Shown piece after piece: positions 13,418 to 24,364 of a stretch of DNA of 64,000 nt (within the stretch, counting starts at the first letter, position 1; each line of letters begins with the position of its first letter). The translations under genes and the position numbers were made by a program. A model generated the notes under the pieces. That model did not search any database and had not been told where the DNA came from. It saw only the letters and a list, made by a program, of their open reading frames with translations. The DNA comes from Polymyxa betae A26-41 (Eukaryota; Protista; Endomyxa: Phytomyxea), in assembly GCA_003693705.1 (NCBI GenBank), contig RBZT01000546.1:62001-126000 (forward strand), read 5' to 3'.

Positions 13418-14281
13418 TCAATTGAAGAATCTAATTCCTGGACCTGGAAATCCCCGAATCAGCTGCCTGAATTGCGACCATCGCGATCGAATCAAGTTTG
13501 TTCCTGTCTCCATGATGCTGAGCGTCTCGTTGGCTGCGAACCATTCGATCATTGTCATATCGCATAGTACCAAGAACATATGCAGGCATAGCAAGTATCC
13601 AGATCCTATAGCTACTATGATTGATAGAACAGCTGCAATGATAGCCTGGTTTGGATGTGGATTATAGAACTTTGTCAGAAGCATATCGATCAGATCATAG
13701 GCGCCTAGGGAGGATAATACGAACGTCAGAGCTTCATAGACGAGATAATAGACGAGGTTCCTCTCTCCACAGCAATTTTGAGTAAAATCACAATGATGAT
13801 CCATCATCAGGACGCAGCGTTTGCAGACGGAACAATGATGCGATCGGGGCGGTCGTAAGCGATTGCATCGAGCACAGAACGTCGCCGTACTGCCCGGCTC
13901 CGCTGGATCGCGATGTTCGGATTCGATCTCGGCGTAGTTGGAATTAACATAGCCGGGTGGCATAAAGCAGACGACCACATACAGCACCATATGAACGAAA
14001 ACCAAGACGGAGATTATATCATGGATATGTAAGACATTAGACGTCATCAAAAACAATGTCAGCTCGAATAAGAGCACCAGTATGCGGACAACAGTCGGAT
14101 GCTCGCTCAGCGCTCGTAATCGCTTCAAGATGCATCCCCGCTTCCGGTTCAGGCAACAGACGTTCCGGTCCATGTAGCGCTGGAGCTCCTTCTGCATATC
14201 GGCCCGGGAGTCCGGAATCGTGAAGTTCGGCGCACGCCCCTTCCTGGGCTCATCGAGCAGATTATCGGATTCGGCGATCAT
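13418..14281 (-). CDS. DHHC palmitoyltransferase, intronless
   Basis: CARC..RPPRSHHCSVCKRCVLMMDHHC..NCCGERN, TMIE (TTxE-like) motif, four hydrophobic segments. Confidence 0.95.
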   Translation of the reverse strand: MIAESDNLLDEPRKGRAPNFTIPDSRADMQKELQRYMDRNVCCLNRKRGCILKRLRALSEHPTVVRILVLLFELTLFLMTSNVLHIHDIISVLVFVHMVLYVVVCFMPPGYVNSNYAEIESEHRDPAEPGSTATFCARCNRLRPPRSHHCSVCKRCVLMMDHHCDFTQNCCGERNLVYYLVYEALTFVLSSLGAYDLIDMLLTKFYNPHPNQAIIAAVLSIIVAIGSGYLLCLHMFLVLCDMTMIEWFAANETLSIMETGTNLIRSRWSQFRQLIRGFPGPGIRFFN

Positions 14282-14515
14282 CAGAGCACAAATACCGAAA
14301 GACAGATGTAACGTTGTCCACGGAGAACGGCCTCCTCATCAAGCTACTTTACTGCCCCGCATCCTGTCATTTGTCATTATCAACGATTTGGCAGTTCGTT
14401 ACCTTCCAGTTCATCAGGCGGGTCCTGCTCTTTCAGTGCCATTAGGTCTCCCTCTTCCTCCCTCCCTCTCTTCACTCTCTTCACTCTCTCACAAATATAA
14501 GTGTTTGTTTCGGTC

Positions 14516-15341
14516 ATGTCTGAACATGGCCCTTGCTGCTCATTCGCTGGCGGGCATTCGCATTTAGGTGAGAAGTCTATGTCCCTGGCTTCAAAGTATT
14601 CATGTCACAGGTGCCGCCGTGGAAGGAGAGACGTTGCTCGGATCTATCGACATCGATTCGGTTCGCTGCCTAAATGAGCGCCAGGCAGATTCATGCAAGG
14701 CAATCTTTCGAAATTGGTTAACAAGGGATCGTGATAGGCCTGAAGACCTGCTAGAATGTGATGAAGATGACCCTGAGCTTTTACTATTCGTTCCTTTTAA
14801 AACGCAGGTCAGAATTCGATCGATAACTATAATCGGCGGGAGGCCAGAGTATACGCCGCGAAGTGTTCGTCTGTAAGGGTTTACGTAGAAAGATGTTTCA
14901 TGTGTTTGGTAAACATTATTTCGACAGATATGTGAACAGAGATGACCTCGACTTCTCCAATGTCCAATCTAGCGCGCCGGTACAAGAATTGAATCTGATT
15001 ACCGATCCCATGGTGGCTTCTAATGTCGAGTATCCCGTCAAGTATGTTTCGAGTTATGATGAAGTTTCAATCGGCTGATAGGAATTCAGGGTTGCCAGAT
15101 TCTTCAATGTCAGCAGCGTGACATTGCATTTTCCGCATTCTGATGAAATCGATTTCTCTCAGATCCGCTAGTAAGTGTTGCCTCAGAAAATGTCGATTTT
15201 CGTAATATCATGATCAGTATTTGTTTCCGTGGAGAGTCAACTGAAAATCGTCGTGCTGTTGTAAACGCTACCTACGAAGCTAGAGCTATTACAACAGATC
15301 ATCCATCTTTATTAGAATCCGTTCAACAGCAATTTCATTAA
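14516..15341 (+). CDS. PITH-domain protein (PITHD1-like), multi-exon
   Basis: IDIDSVRCLNE, DDPELLLFVPFKTQVRIRSI, YVNRDDLDFSN, EYPVKVARFFNV, VVNATYEAR. Confidence 0.88.
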
Positions 15342-15420
15342 ACTTTTTTGTCTGGCTACCTCTGCTCTTTCTGTATGTCCGTGACGGACTGCGATGATAT
15401 CTGACTGAAATTGCTTCCGA

Positions 15421-18143
15421 ATGGATACAGGGCCTGGCTCAAGCGATATGCAATGTGCTGGACCTGACAGTCCAAATTCGACTGATGACAGTGGCTGGAT
15501 TGATTTCGCATCTGAATTGATATCTTCATGCACCGATTCTGTGGCCAAGTCCAATGGGCTGCCTACTCAATCCGATTACACGTATTATGATGCCTTCCCT
15601 GATTTCAGGTTGGAAATCACCAGACTTCAATCGACTTTGTTATCGTCTATAGCACATCTAATCAATGCTATCGACAAAGATAATGAATTTCATAAGGCTA
15701 CAAACGATATCAATCGTTTTCAGAATCTGACTGAAGCGACTGATATGGCTCTGGAGCGTGTCGATATAATCATAGATCAGAGATCTTTACCAACAAATGC
15801 TGTCACAACAAAAACCACAAACGAAACTCAAGCTGCCAAGCAGTCACATCGCTCGCTGCAAATTCGGCCACAAACTCAGTTCAAGGTTCCCGTCGATAAT
15901 TCGTCGGCACCGTGGCGACCTGTTCTCAACCTTCCTTTACCAAACCATCACACGTCATTGGTACAGGTTATCAGATTTATGTTCATATATATATTCAATA
16001 TATGGCTAGAATGTCAAGAAACAAGACCCAGTCCCACCATCGCCGAAATTAGGTGCTGAAATGATGAGTCATATTGAAAGTCTTGGCGTCAATGTGAATA
16101 ACATTGTTCCTCATCCTTACAAGGGTGAACTAGAGCATTTGGCGTTTTCGGAAGATTCACTTCGTAGGAGTTGTCTGTTGCAGATCAATATAAAGTCACA
16201 TTGTCCTGTACAGGGCCTCGAGCTGAGAGATTATACAAATCATTGGAGGATACTGAATATACATGGATCGATACTGAACAAGGCTTGCAGCAGCTGGCCG
16301 ATGTGCTCTCGAACGAGCGTGAATTCGCTGTTGATCTCGAACATCATAGCTTCAGATCATATCTTGGGTTCACATGCTTGATGCAGATTTCAACAAGATC
16401 GCAGGATTATATTATTGACACAATTCAACTGCGTCATTGTATGGGTTTACTTCTTGATCCATTCACTAATCCGGACATTGTCAAAGTATTTCATGGGGCT
16501 GACTTCGATATCTTCTGGCTTCAGAAAGACTTCTCGTTATTTGTTGTCAACATGTTTGACACTGGGCAGGTTGCAGCTTTCCTCATATCGAGAATCCTCA
16601 CCGCTGATATTGTTTCAAAAGGCTGCTCGAGTTCTTCAGCTTCCATCGCTATCCTTGAAATTCCTTCTCGATCATTACTGCGATGTTCAGGCTAGCAAGA
16701 TATTCCAACGCGCTGATTGGCGTTTGCGTCCAATTCCTGCTGCTATGATAAAATGTGAGAATGTTGGGCCTCATCTTTCATTATGTTAAATGCTGTTGTC
16801 AGATGCACGATCTGATACTCATTATTTGCTGTATATATATGATCGGATGTGTAATCAGCTCAGCGAGCAATCCACTGGCTCACTGTTATCAGTATTTAAA
16901 AAGAGTCGAGATATCTGCCTAAAGATGTTTGAAAAGCCTATCTGCGACTCTGAATCATACATGCGGCTAATCCAGCAATTCGGGCTTGTATTGGATCACA
17001 GACAGGAAGCTGTAGGATCACTCTTTACCATTATCAACGTTTCTGATAATTTTGTTAGGTGCTTCGTGATCTGTATTCTTGGAGAGATGCGCTTTCTCGC
17101 GAGGTTGACGAATCGTGTGGATATATTATGCCTAATGCCACGTTAATATCTGTAAAGTCTTCGACTTCTATGCTTCGATTATTGAGTGCTGTTAGATCTG
17201 CAAGGCTGTCCCTCTAGATCAAAAATCGCTCCTCGAACTTGTTCCAAACCTATCTTCTCCTGTTCGTGGTCGTGTTGCAGACGTTCTTGACTGTATCACA
17301 AAGGCGTTGGTTACGAAAAGCCCGACCCCGAAAACGTTGCCTGCTCTTGAGATCATGCATAACGTACTTTAGCGTGTTTGGTTCCATCATTGTAGCGCTG
17401 ACGTTTAAAGCAGACTGCCAATTCCTCTCCAGCAATTGCCGTTGCGATTGCGGAGGCACAGCGAACGTCGATTTCCCCTGAGCAGTCGTCTCCTCTGATT
17501 TTACAATTGCCAAAGGTAATGTGCATTCTCCATTTAGCTTGGCCTTGCTAACATTGTAATTTAATAGCAATCTGCCGTGTCTATAGAGTTGTCCCATCGA
17601 AGTTCCAGTCGAATGTTTGACAGCGATAGTGATGGAGATAGTGATGGCGAGGATATTCGAGCTGCTGAGGCTGTTAAATTGCGGATATTACAGAGTTTGC
17701 CACCGATAACCGCTTCTGTAATGGATGCTCCACCGCAAAATGTTCAGGTCTCCCAAATGGTGGAGATCTCGACTTCCTCCGAAGCTTCTCCAGAGAAGAT
17801 CCGTATTCCAGACAATCATGATGAAACTGAATCTGTCGATGTCTCTATCCCAGAAAAAGAATCTAGAGAATCTGTTTGCACTAGTGGCGACAAGAACGAC
17901 AATGAGGATGCTGACGTGGTTCCCTTGTCGCTCAATGAAATGCGTTATGGACATAGCCGTAAACGAAAGCCTCAGCAGACTGCTGAATCCGCTCGTATCT
18001 CAAATGTAGAACCATTTGATTATGAGAAAGCAATGCAGTCTGCAGCTGCCAATTCAAACGATGCTGAACAAAAGGAAAGCTTTGACTTTTTCAGAGGACC
18101 TGCTCGAAATAAGAAAGCCAAGAAGCATGGAAAAAAGAGATAA
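15421..18143 (+). CDS. RRP6: exosome 3'-5' exoribonuclease RRP6 (PMC2NT, DEDDy, HRDC), multi-exon
   Basis: RPQ.QF..PVDNS, FAVDLEHHSFRSYLGFTCLMQISTR, KVFHGADFDIFWLQKDF, ADWRLRP, YARSDTHYLLYIYD, WRD..SREVDES. Confidence 0.95.
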
Positions 18144-18217
18144 TAAAGGGAGCATAATGAATATATATGTGTATGTATACAGTATACTTGAATATATAGG
18201 GATGCTTTAGCTCAAAT

Positions 18218-20077
18218 TTATCTCGCCATACGAAATGAGCGCCTGTGGAATTCGATGACTTGTGTAGCAGGTGGATTCCAGTATTCGAAGATCAGGGATA
18301 CAGCATTTGGGTCGAGCTGGGACCTTGATGATTGAAGCAGCAACTCACCCATCTCGTCGAGCATAGCTTGTTTTTTCCGAAGAAATTCCATCTTTCCTTG
18401 CTCAAAAACTTTCTTCATTTCAAGCTCATCTTCTTTCTCGGTGATGTAGGATAATGGTGTTCTAGACAAACAATCCCTCTGATCAGTGTCAGCGCCAAAT
18501 GAAATCAGCGTGAATGCGATCTTGGTGTGGTTGTTCTGAACAGCATATGCGAGGGCTGTTCTACCGGAACAGTTACGGAAATCTACCTGAGCGTCGCAAT
18601 GTAAAATGAGAGCTTCAATCAGCTCTGGCCGGTCGGTGCAATTTGATGCAGCCCAGAATAATGTGGTGCAGCCGTCAGGCGAAATCGGCAAGTCTACAGA
18701 ATCCGGCCCAAGTTGCTCTCGGCTTTGCCGCAAATGATAATGAAGATCAACAATTCGTTTCTGCTTCATCATCATAGTTGTCGTCTCCAACCAGGATCGA
18801 GTAGATGCGCACCTCTGCATAGCAGTCCAGATACTGCTAAACAGCCTAACTCGATGCATTGACACAAACTCCAGATCTCCTGGAGCCAGATAGTTCTGCA
18901 TCTCCAGCATACGATCTGATGCCATCCGAGCTTCACGAAATCGCTCTTGAACAGTGCCGGCAATTACAACCATGCTCAAAAAGCAGACGTCGGTGCAATT
19001 TTTGACGCCCCCGTGAAACGATATCGCTTGCTCTGCAACCAACCACATCTCTTGAAATCTTCTGGCATCGCCGAGTACAGCCATTATTGCATTGTACCTT
19101 GATAGGCAGGACGGATCTTGAACTTGAGCGTTTCTCATATCATTCAGAGCTTCTTCAGTCAATCCGTTATCGGAATATAGTAGCCCTCTGGCATGAAGCA
19201 ACGGTGCAGACTGAGGATATTGTTGCAGACCCAGGGTTAGGACTTGCAATGCTATCTGAGAATCACCCAAGTTCTCATAGCAGTTCGCTATTCGGCAAAG
19301 GAAATCGACAGCATGGGAACAATTGGCGGCATGGTCGAGATTGAAGAACAAACGTAGCGAATGTTGGAACATAGGAAGGGCACAGGCAGGATCCAATCGA
19401 AGAGCCTGATTATATGCGACCCAAGATTGAGCCAGTGGATATTGCGATAATCGCCCAATACATGATCGAAGATGTCGCTGTGATTGCTCCGCATAACCGA
19501 GTTCTTGGAAGGTATTTATCGTCGCCACGTCGATCCAGACGCGCATGGATGGCGACGGCCAGCATCGTAATAAACTGTCGAGAAACTCTAACGCGTGCGA
19601 GCGAGTTCCAAGCCGACGTAGAGCATAGAGCCGGCATAATAGCACACGTGGATCAATAATAGTGAAGTCTTGCGTCGGGTACAACGAGCGATATTGTAGT
19701 TCTGCCGATTCGAATGATATCAGCGACTGCTTCTTTATCTTACCATCGTTGATGTTGTTGTATGATCGACCGGAAGCCGTGTGCGTCTTCTTCGTCATAT
19801 CGAATAGAACAATGGCGCGAATGTATTGCGCCAATAACAATCCCGAATTCAAAGCACAGGCTCGGTCGGCATCCTCCAAGGCAGCTTTATCGCGCCTCGC
19901 ATACATATTGATAAACGCGCGTCCGAGATAGAAATCGGGTCGGTTTGGTTGCATGCTGATGGCCTGGTCCCAGAGCTCAATGATCATCTGAAGGCAGCCG
20001 AACTTCTCGTGTAATGCGGCAGCATATTCGGCTATCTGGTTGGCATTATCAAATACGCGGCCTGGATCTGAATGCAT
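18218..20077 (-). CDS. intronless TPR-repeat plus ankyrin-repeat protein (~620 aa)
   Basis: Single open frame; first ATG at 20077 (the track start at 20167 is GTG). TPR-like helices (QAISMQPNRPDFYLGRA; LQQYPQSAPLLHARG) and ankyrin repeats (DGCTTLFWAA; SGRTALAYAV..GADTDQRD..SRTPL). Confidence 0.85.
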   Translation of the reverse strand: MHSDPGRVFDNANQIAEYAAALHEKFGCLQMIIELWDQAISMQPNRPDFYLGRAFINMYARRDKAALEDADRACALNSGLLLAQYIRAIVLFDMTKKTHTASGRSYNNINDGKIKKQSLISFESAELQYRSLYPTQDFTIIDPRVLLCRLYALRRLGTRSHALEFLDSLLRCWPSPSMRVWIDVATINTFQELGYAEQSQRHLRSCIGRLSQYPLAQSWVAYNQALRLDPACALPMFQHSLRLFFNLDHAANCSHAVDFLCRIANCYENLGDSQIALQVLTLGLQQYPQSAPLLHARGLLYSDNGLTEEALNDMRNAQVQDPSCLSRYNAIMAVLGDARRFQEMWLVAEQAISFHGGVKNCTDVCFLSMVVIAGTVQERFREARMASDRMLEMQNYLAPGDLEFVSMHRVRLFSSIWTAMQRCASTRSWLETTTMMMKQKRIVDLHYHLRQSREQLGPDSVDLPISPDGCTTLFWAASNCTDRPELIEALILHCDAQVDFRNCSGRTALAYAVQNNHTKIAFTLISFGADTDQRDCLSRTPLSYITEKEDELEMKKVFEQGKMEFLRKKQAMLDEMGELLLQSSRSQLDPNAVSLIFEYWNPPATQVIEFHRRSFRMAR

Positions 20078-20395
20078 GAAGGACAACGACGTCGACGCAG
20101 TCAGGTGAGAATTCGTTGTCGCAGCTGTGTGAATCGGTGCAGTTCCTGTCCTAATTAATGTAGTCACAGGAGAGTTGCACTCGGCGGGGGCGAGGCAGAA
20201 CCAGGACGGCTTTCACCAAGCAGACCCAATGATCGCGTTCGGGTCACGATTTCGGAAATGGTAGGCGACGACCGGATCTGGTTCGGCTCCGAGCGCCAGG
20301 GACCGAGCATGACTCAAGCGGTTGAACGCTCCGGCGCTGTTATCGAGGCCTAATTGGAGGCCATTCATCATAATGAACCTGAGGCCACCCAATTT

Positions 20396-20578
20396 CACTT
20401 GGTTAGACGCACTGGTCTAGGGTTTGCCTTTATAAGACAGGCAGGGCGGGCTTTCTCCATAGTGCTCTTGATTGTATAGAGAAGACCACTTGGTTAGACA
20501 CACACTCGTCTAGGGTTTGCCCTTATAAGGCAGACAGGGGCGGTAACTCCATACTGCTACTGATTGTATAGGGACGAC
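20396..20578. repeat. imperfect 91-bp tandem duplication (2 copies) with internal hairpins, a TAGGGTTT telo-box and TATAA
   Basis: cacttggttagac...gtctagggtttgcc.ttataag.cag.cagg...ctccata.tgct..tgattgtatag starts at both 20396 and 20487. Confidence 0.9.
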
Positions 20579-21100
20579 CTCTAGGCGGTTAGGTCGGGGT
20601 TATTGCTGGCATAGTGCAGGTTCGGTAGCTGTCACGTGGGTTTTATGGATGCTGCAGATCAGTCAGGACTGGGGCTGGCTGCCGCGAATTGTCACGATTC
20701 GGATCTGGGGCCGAAGCGGACCTTGTAGAGTCTGGGTGATACAACGGTCAATCAACTACTTAATTGCCGGTAGATTCGTGCTGGTAAAATCATCATAAAG
20801 CAATCGACCTCATCGAATTTGATAGATCTTCTGATTACATTCATTAACGTTCCCTATAAACCACATTGCCTTTGCCAGGCTTGGAAACCTCGCCATGTTT
20901 CAATGCTGATGAAGGGACGTTCACTTGAAATATTCATAATCGTTTAGATTTTCAGCGATGGGAAAATGTCCAAATTTATTTGCAAATTTGCGGAGAAATC
21001 TCAGAACATATTTGCGTGATTTTTCTGTATTTGAGCGACCCTGGGGATTCTTGGCTGGTTTTCGTCCTTGCAGTTCCGATCTGTATTCGCTTCCAATGTT

Positions 21101-21770
21101 ATGATGGGGGCGGATCCAGATCCGCCAGCCAATCCGCCCTTCACGATCGGTAAACGCCCGGATTCGGTGTTCGAAACCCCATGCCAGATCGGCCTGCGGT
21201 GTGACGAATGCGGCAAGCGATTCGCGCGCGCCATCGACCTGGAGCGACATTCGCCTCTACATACAGGCCGGGCTATCTATCCCTGCCCGAAATGCCCAGG
21301 CGTCTCCTTCCCGCTCAAAAGTCAGCTGAAAATCCATGCCCGCATCCACTTGAAAATCACGAAATCGACGGAATCGCAATTCAGCTGCCAGCTCTGCCAT
21401 AAATCGTTCGAGAACCGCTGGAGCCTTACAAGGCATCAGATTGCGCATAGCTCGGAACGACCACACAAATGCCCGAACTGTGACAAAACCTACAGCCATC
21501 GATACCAATTGTAGGGTTTTAGGGTTTTCGTCCACTGACTTTCCAGCTCACGATTGTTATAGGACACGCCATCTGCGAAAATCGCACGGAATCCACAGGA
21601 TAGAATCAGGCCTGGCGCCGGCCACGAGCACGAAATCGCTGCCGGGCTTGACGACGCCCACCAGGAAGCCCTCCGAAGTATCACGTTCGCCCGCGCCTGT
21701 AGGCGAATTAGATCACGAACATTCGTCCATCAACGAAGACGATATGTCGACATCTGCTGCAATAAAGTAA
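21101..21770 (+). CDS. C2H2 zinc-finger protein (4 fingers); intron 21511-21562
   Basis: CDEC..H..H, CPKC, CQLC and CPNC fingers with HTGRAIY and HSSERPH linkers; splicing completes finger 4 (LTRHLRKSH). Confidence 0.9.
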
Positions 21771-22153
21771 ATATCAATCTGTGATTAGGTCTGGCCGCCA
21801 AGCGTTTCGTGAGATGGGTTCTCGCCAGCAGGGTTCAGGAAGCGCTCTATCGATGTCCCGAATCGTCAAGCAGCCAGCAATCGATTCGGTGCTTTTGGAT
21901 TGTGCGGCGAGAGAGCTGTTTTGTCAGCGGCTTCTTGGTCGATTGTTGTTTGGCGATCTTCCTTGACGGTCATGAGAGCGATCTTCATGATAGGTCCAGC
22001 ACCACCAGTGCCATTCTCGTCATCGGTGTAAAACATGCTATCAAAGTAATGAAATGTTGAGTCTTGGGCAATCGAGAGCTACTTCGTACCGTAGCTATAG
22101 CGCGATGGACTTGAATTGAAGTCCGAAGAGCCAAGCTGCACTTGTAGCATCAA

Positions 22154-22398
22154 ATGTTAAAAGTCGAGCAGTTCCAAGACCTCCAGCGCCCGCTAATCCA
22201 GCTGCAACAATAGCGGCAGCCGCTGCAATCAAGCAACCCGCCCAAGCGTATACAACAGGTATGCCAAGACACCATTCATATTATTGGCAAAGGTCATATT
22301 CCCAAAAGTATATAAATACCAACTATTGTCTTTAGGGGCAGAATTCGCAGTCGAAGCAGCTCAACAAAAAGCGTCAACAGCAACTGCAGCAGAAATAA
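22154..22398 (+). pseudogene. Gln-rich spliced mini-ORF with an internal TAG (possible gene relic)
   Basis: MLKVEQFQDLQRPLIQLQQ*RQPLQ..IQQ / intron 22259-22335 / GQNSQ..QQQLQQK*. Confidence 0.3.
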
Positions 22399-22912
22399 TC
22401 AAACATTGTCATTCGCTGCCACAAAATCGTCTTGCTACGAACAAGGAATCACAATGAACTTAACAATCTCTCTGCATTGATAGAATCAATCAGTAGACAT
22501 CTTGCTATTAAACAGCTTTGAAATCAATTATTGGTCCCAAGCAGATACTTTGAAACCAGCTGAATTTGAACAAATTATTATCAAACGAATTCCAAAAGGA
22601 GATTGTTATCAAAGATTCTGTTGGTGTATTTCAATTGAACGAGAAACTCTTAAACTAAGGCCTTACAGAAGGCCAAATCTAACACCGTTGATTACTGCCT
22701 TTGGATTTGTGTATAAAAAACAATAGTAAAGTCAAGATATGACGAAAACCGAGACGAAGACAAAGATCGTCCCTTTTCCAGACGCCATCACGGACTTGGC
22801 GTGTTGCATCATGTGCGGACCTGCCTCTCTGTTGATTAAGAACACTCAGAACAGGTACAGTACGGCCGCAACTCCGCAAAAGATTCCCGTCCTCATCTCC
22901 ATCAAAGTTACA

Positions 22913-24268
22913 ATGGGAGCTGATATCGAGCAGGATGCAGCAGCGTCGTCGTCGCCGCCGATCGAGCAGTTCGTCGACCCATGGAATGTTACCGCCGGCG
23001 AGAACGGCATCGATTACGACAAGCTGATTCGCGATTTCGGCTCGGAACGAATTCCTCAGGCGACCATCGACCGAATTGTCAGGCTAACCGGCAAGCCAGC
23101 TCATCCTTTATTGTCCCGAGGGATGTTCTTCTCGCATCGTGAGCTGGATCGTATTCTGGATCTGTACGAGGCTAAGAAGCCGTTCTATATATTCACGGGC
23201 AGAGGGCCATCTAGTGAAGCTTTACATGTCGGCCATCTGGTCCCGTTTATGTTCACCAAATACCTTCAGGACGCCTTCAATGTTCCTCTGGTTATTCAGA
23301 TGTCCGATGACGAGAAGTTCTTCTTCAAGGACAATCTTTCATGTATCAGAGATGATTTATTACTGTGATGTCGTTATTGATGGCATCTGTAGTGGATGAA
23401 GCGCATCGATTGGCTTATGAGAACGCTAAAGATATCATCGCTCTGGGATTTGATATCAACAAGACGTTCATCTTCTCCGATCTCGACTATATCGGTCATT
23501 TGTATTACAACGTCTGCCAAATCCAGCGCTGTGTCACATATCGTCAATTTAAGGTCGAACGCTTGGTTGGTTTTCCCAACAACCTTCTTAAATTTGATTT
23601 TTAGGGAATTTATGGCGGTCATGACGATTATCATTGTGGAAAGATTGCCTACCCATCCGTCCAGGCGGCGCCGTCGTTCTCCAGCTCGTTCCCTCATATA
23701 TTTGGAGGCGCCAAAGACGTCCCTTGTTTGATTCCCTGTGCGATCGATCAGGATCCGTATTTCCGCATGACTCGTGATGTCGCTCCCCGACTTGGCTTGG
23801 TCAAGCCTGCTTTGATTCACAGCAAGTTCGTTCCCGGATTGCAAGGCGCGCGGGTCCGAGTTTGTACGAAATCGTGACCAGCAGACGCTGACATGCTTTT
23901 AGGGCAAAATGAGCGGAAGCGATGCGAATTCAGCCATCTATGTCACTGATAGTGCCGATGTCATTCGTAAGAAGATCAAGAAGTACTGTGTATCGGGCGG
24001 CCGAGAAACTCTTGCTGAACACCGACGCCTTGGTGGAGTCATCGAGAAGGACGTCCCATATCAGTATCTGTCATTCTTCCTGGAAGACGACGACAAATTG
24101 AAGTGGCTTCATGACGAGTATAAGGCTGGTCGACTATTGACCGGCGAAATGAAACAAGAGCTCATCAATGTCATGGTGCCAGTGATTGAGGAAATTCAGA
24201 AGGCTCGTGCTGCTGTCACCGACGACGTCGTTAAGGCCTACATGACTCCCCGGAAACTGACTTTCTAA
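22913..24268 (+). CDS. WARS: cytosolic tryptophanyl-tRNA synthetase, multi-exon
   Basis: VDPWNV, TGRGPSS..LHVGH (HIGH), [28 protein letters not shown]. Confidence 0.97.
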
Positions 24269-24364
24269 ACGCTTTATTGTTATAAATGTACAGAACTATC
24301 CATATCTAAGAATCACTTGGGATCGTTTCCAAAACAATTTTTACAATGAGCAATGCAATCGAGT

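Noticed and set aside
22211-22213. Stop-codon reassignment (TAG read as Gln)
   Set aside because: Conserved genes in the window end at TAG, TAA and TGA and show no in-frame stops within exons.
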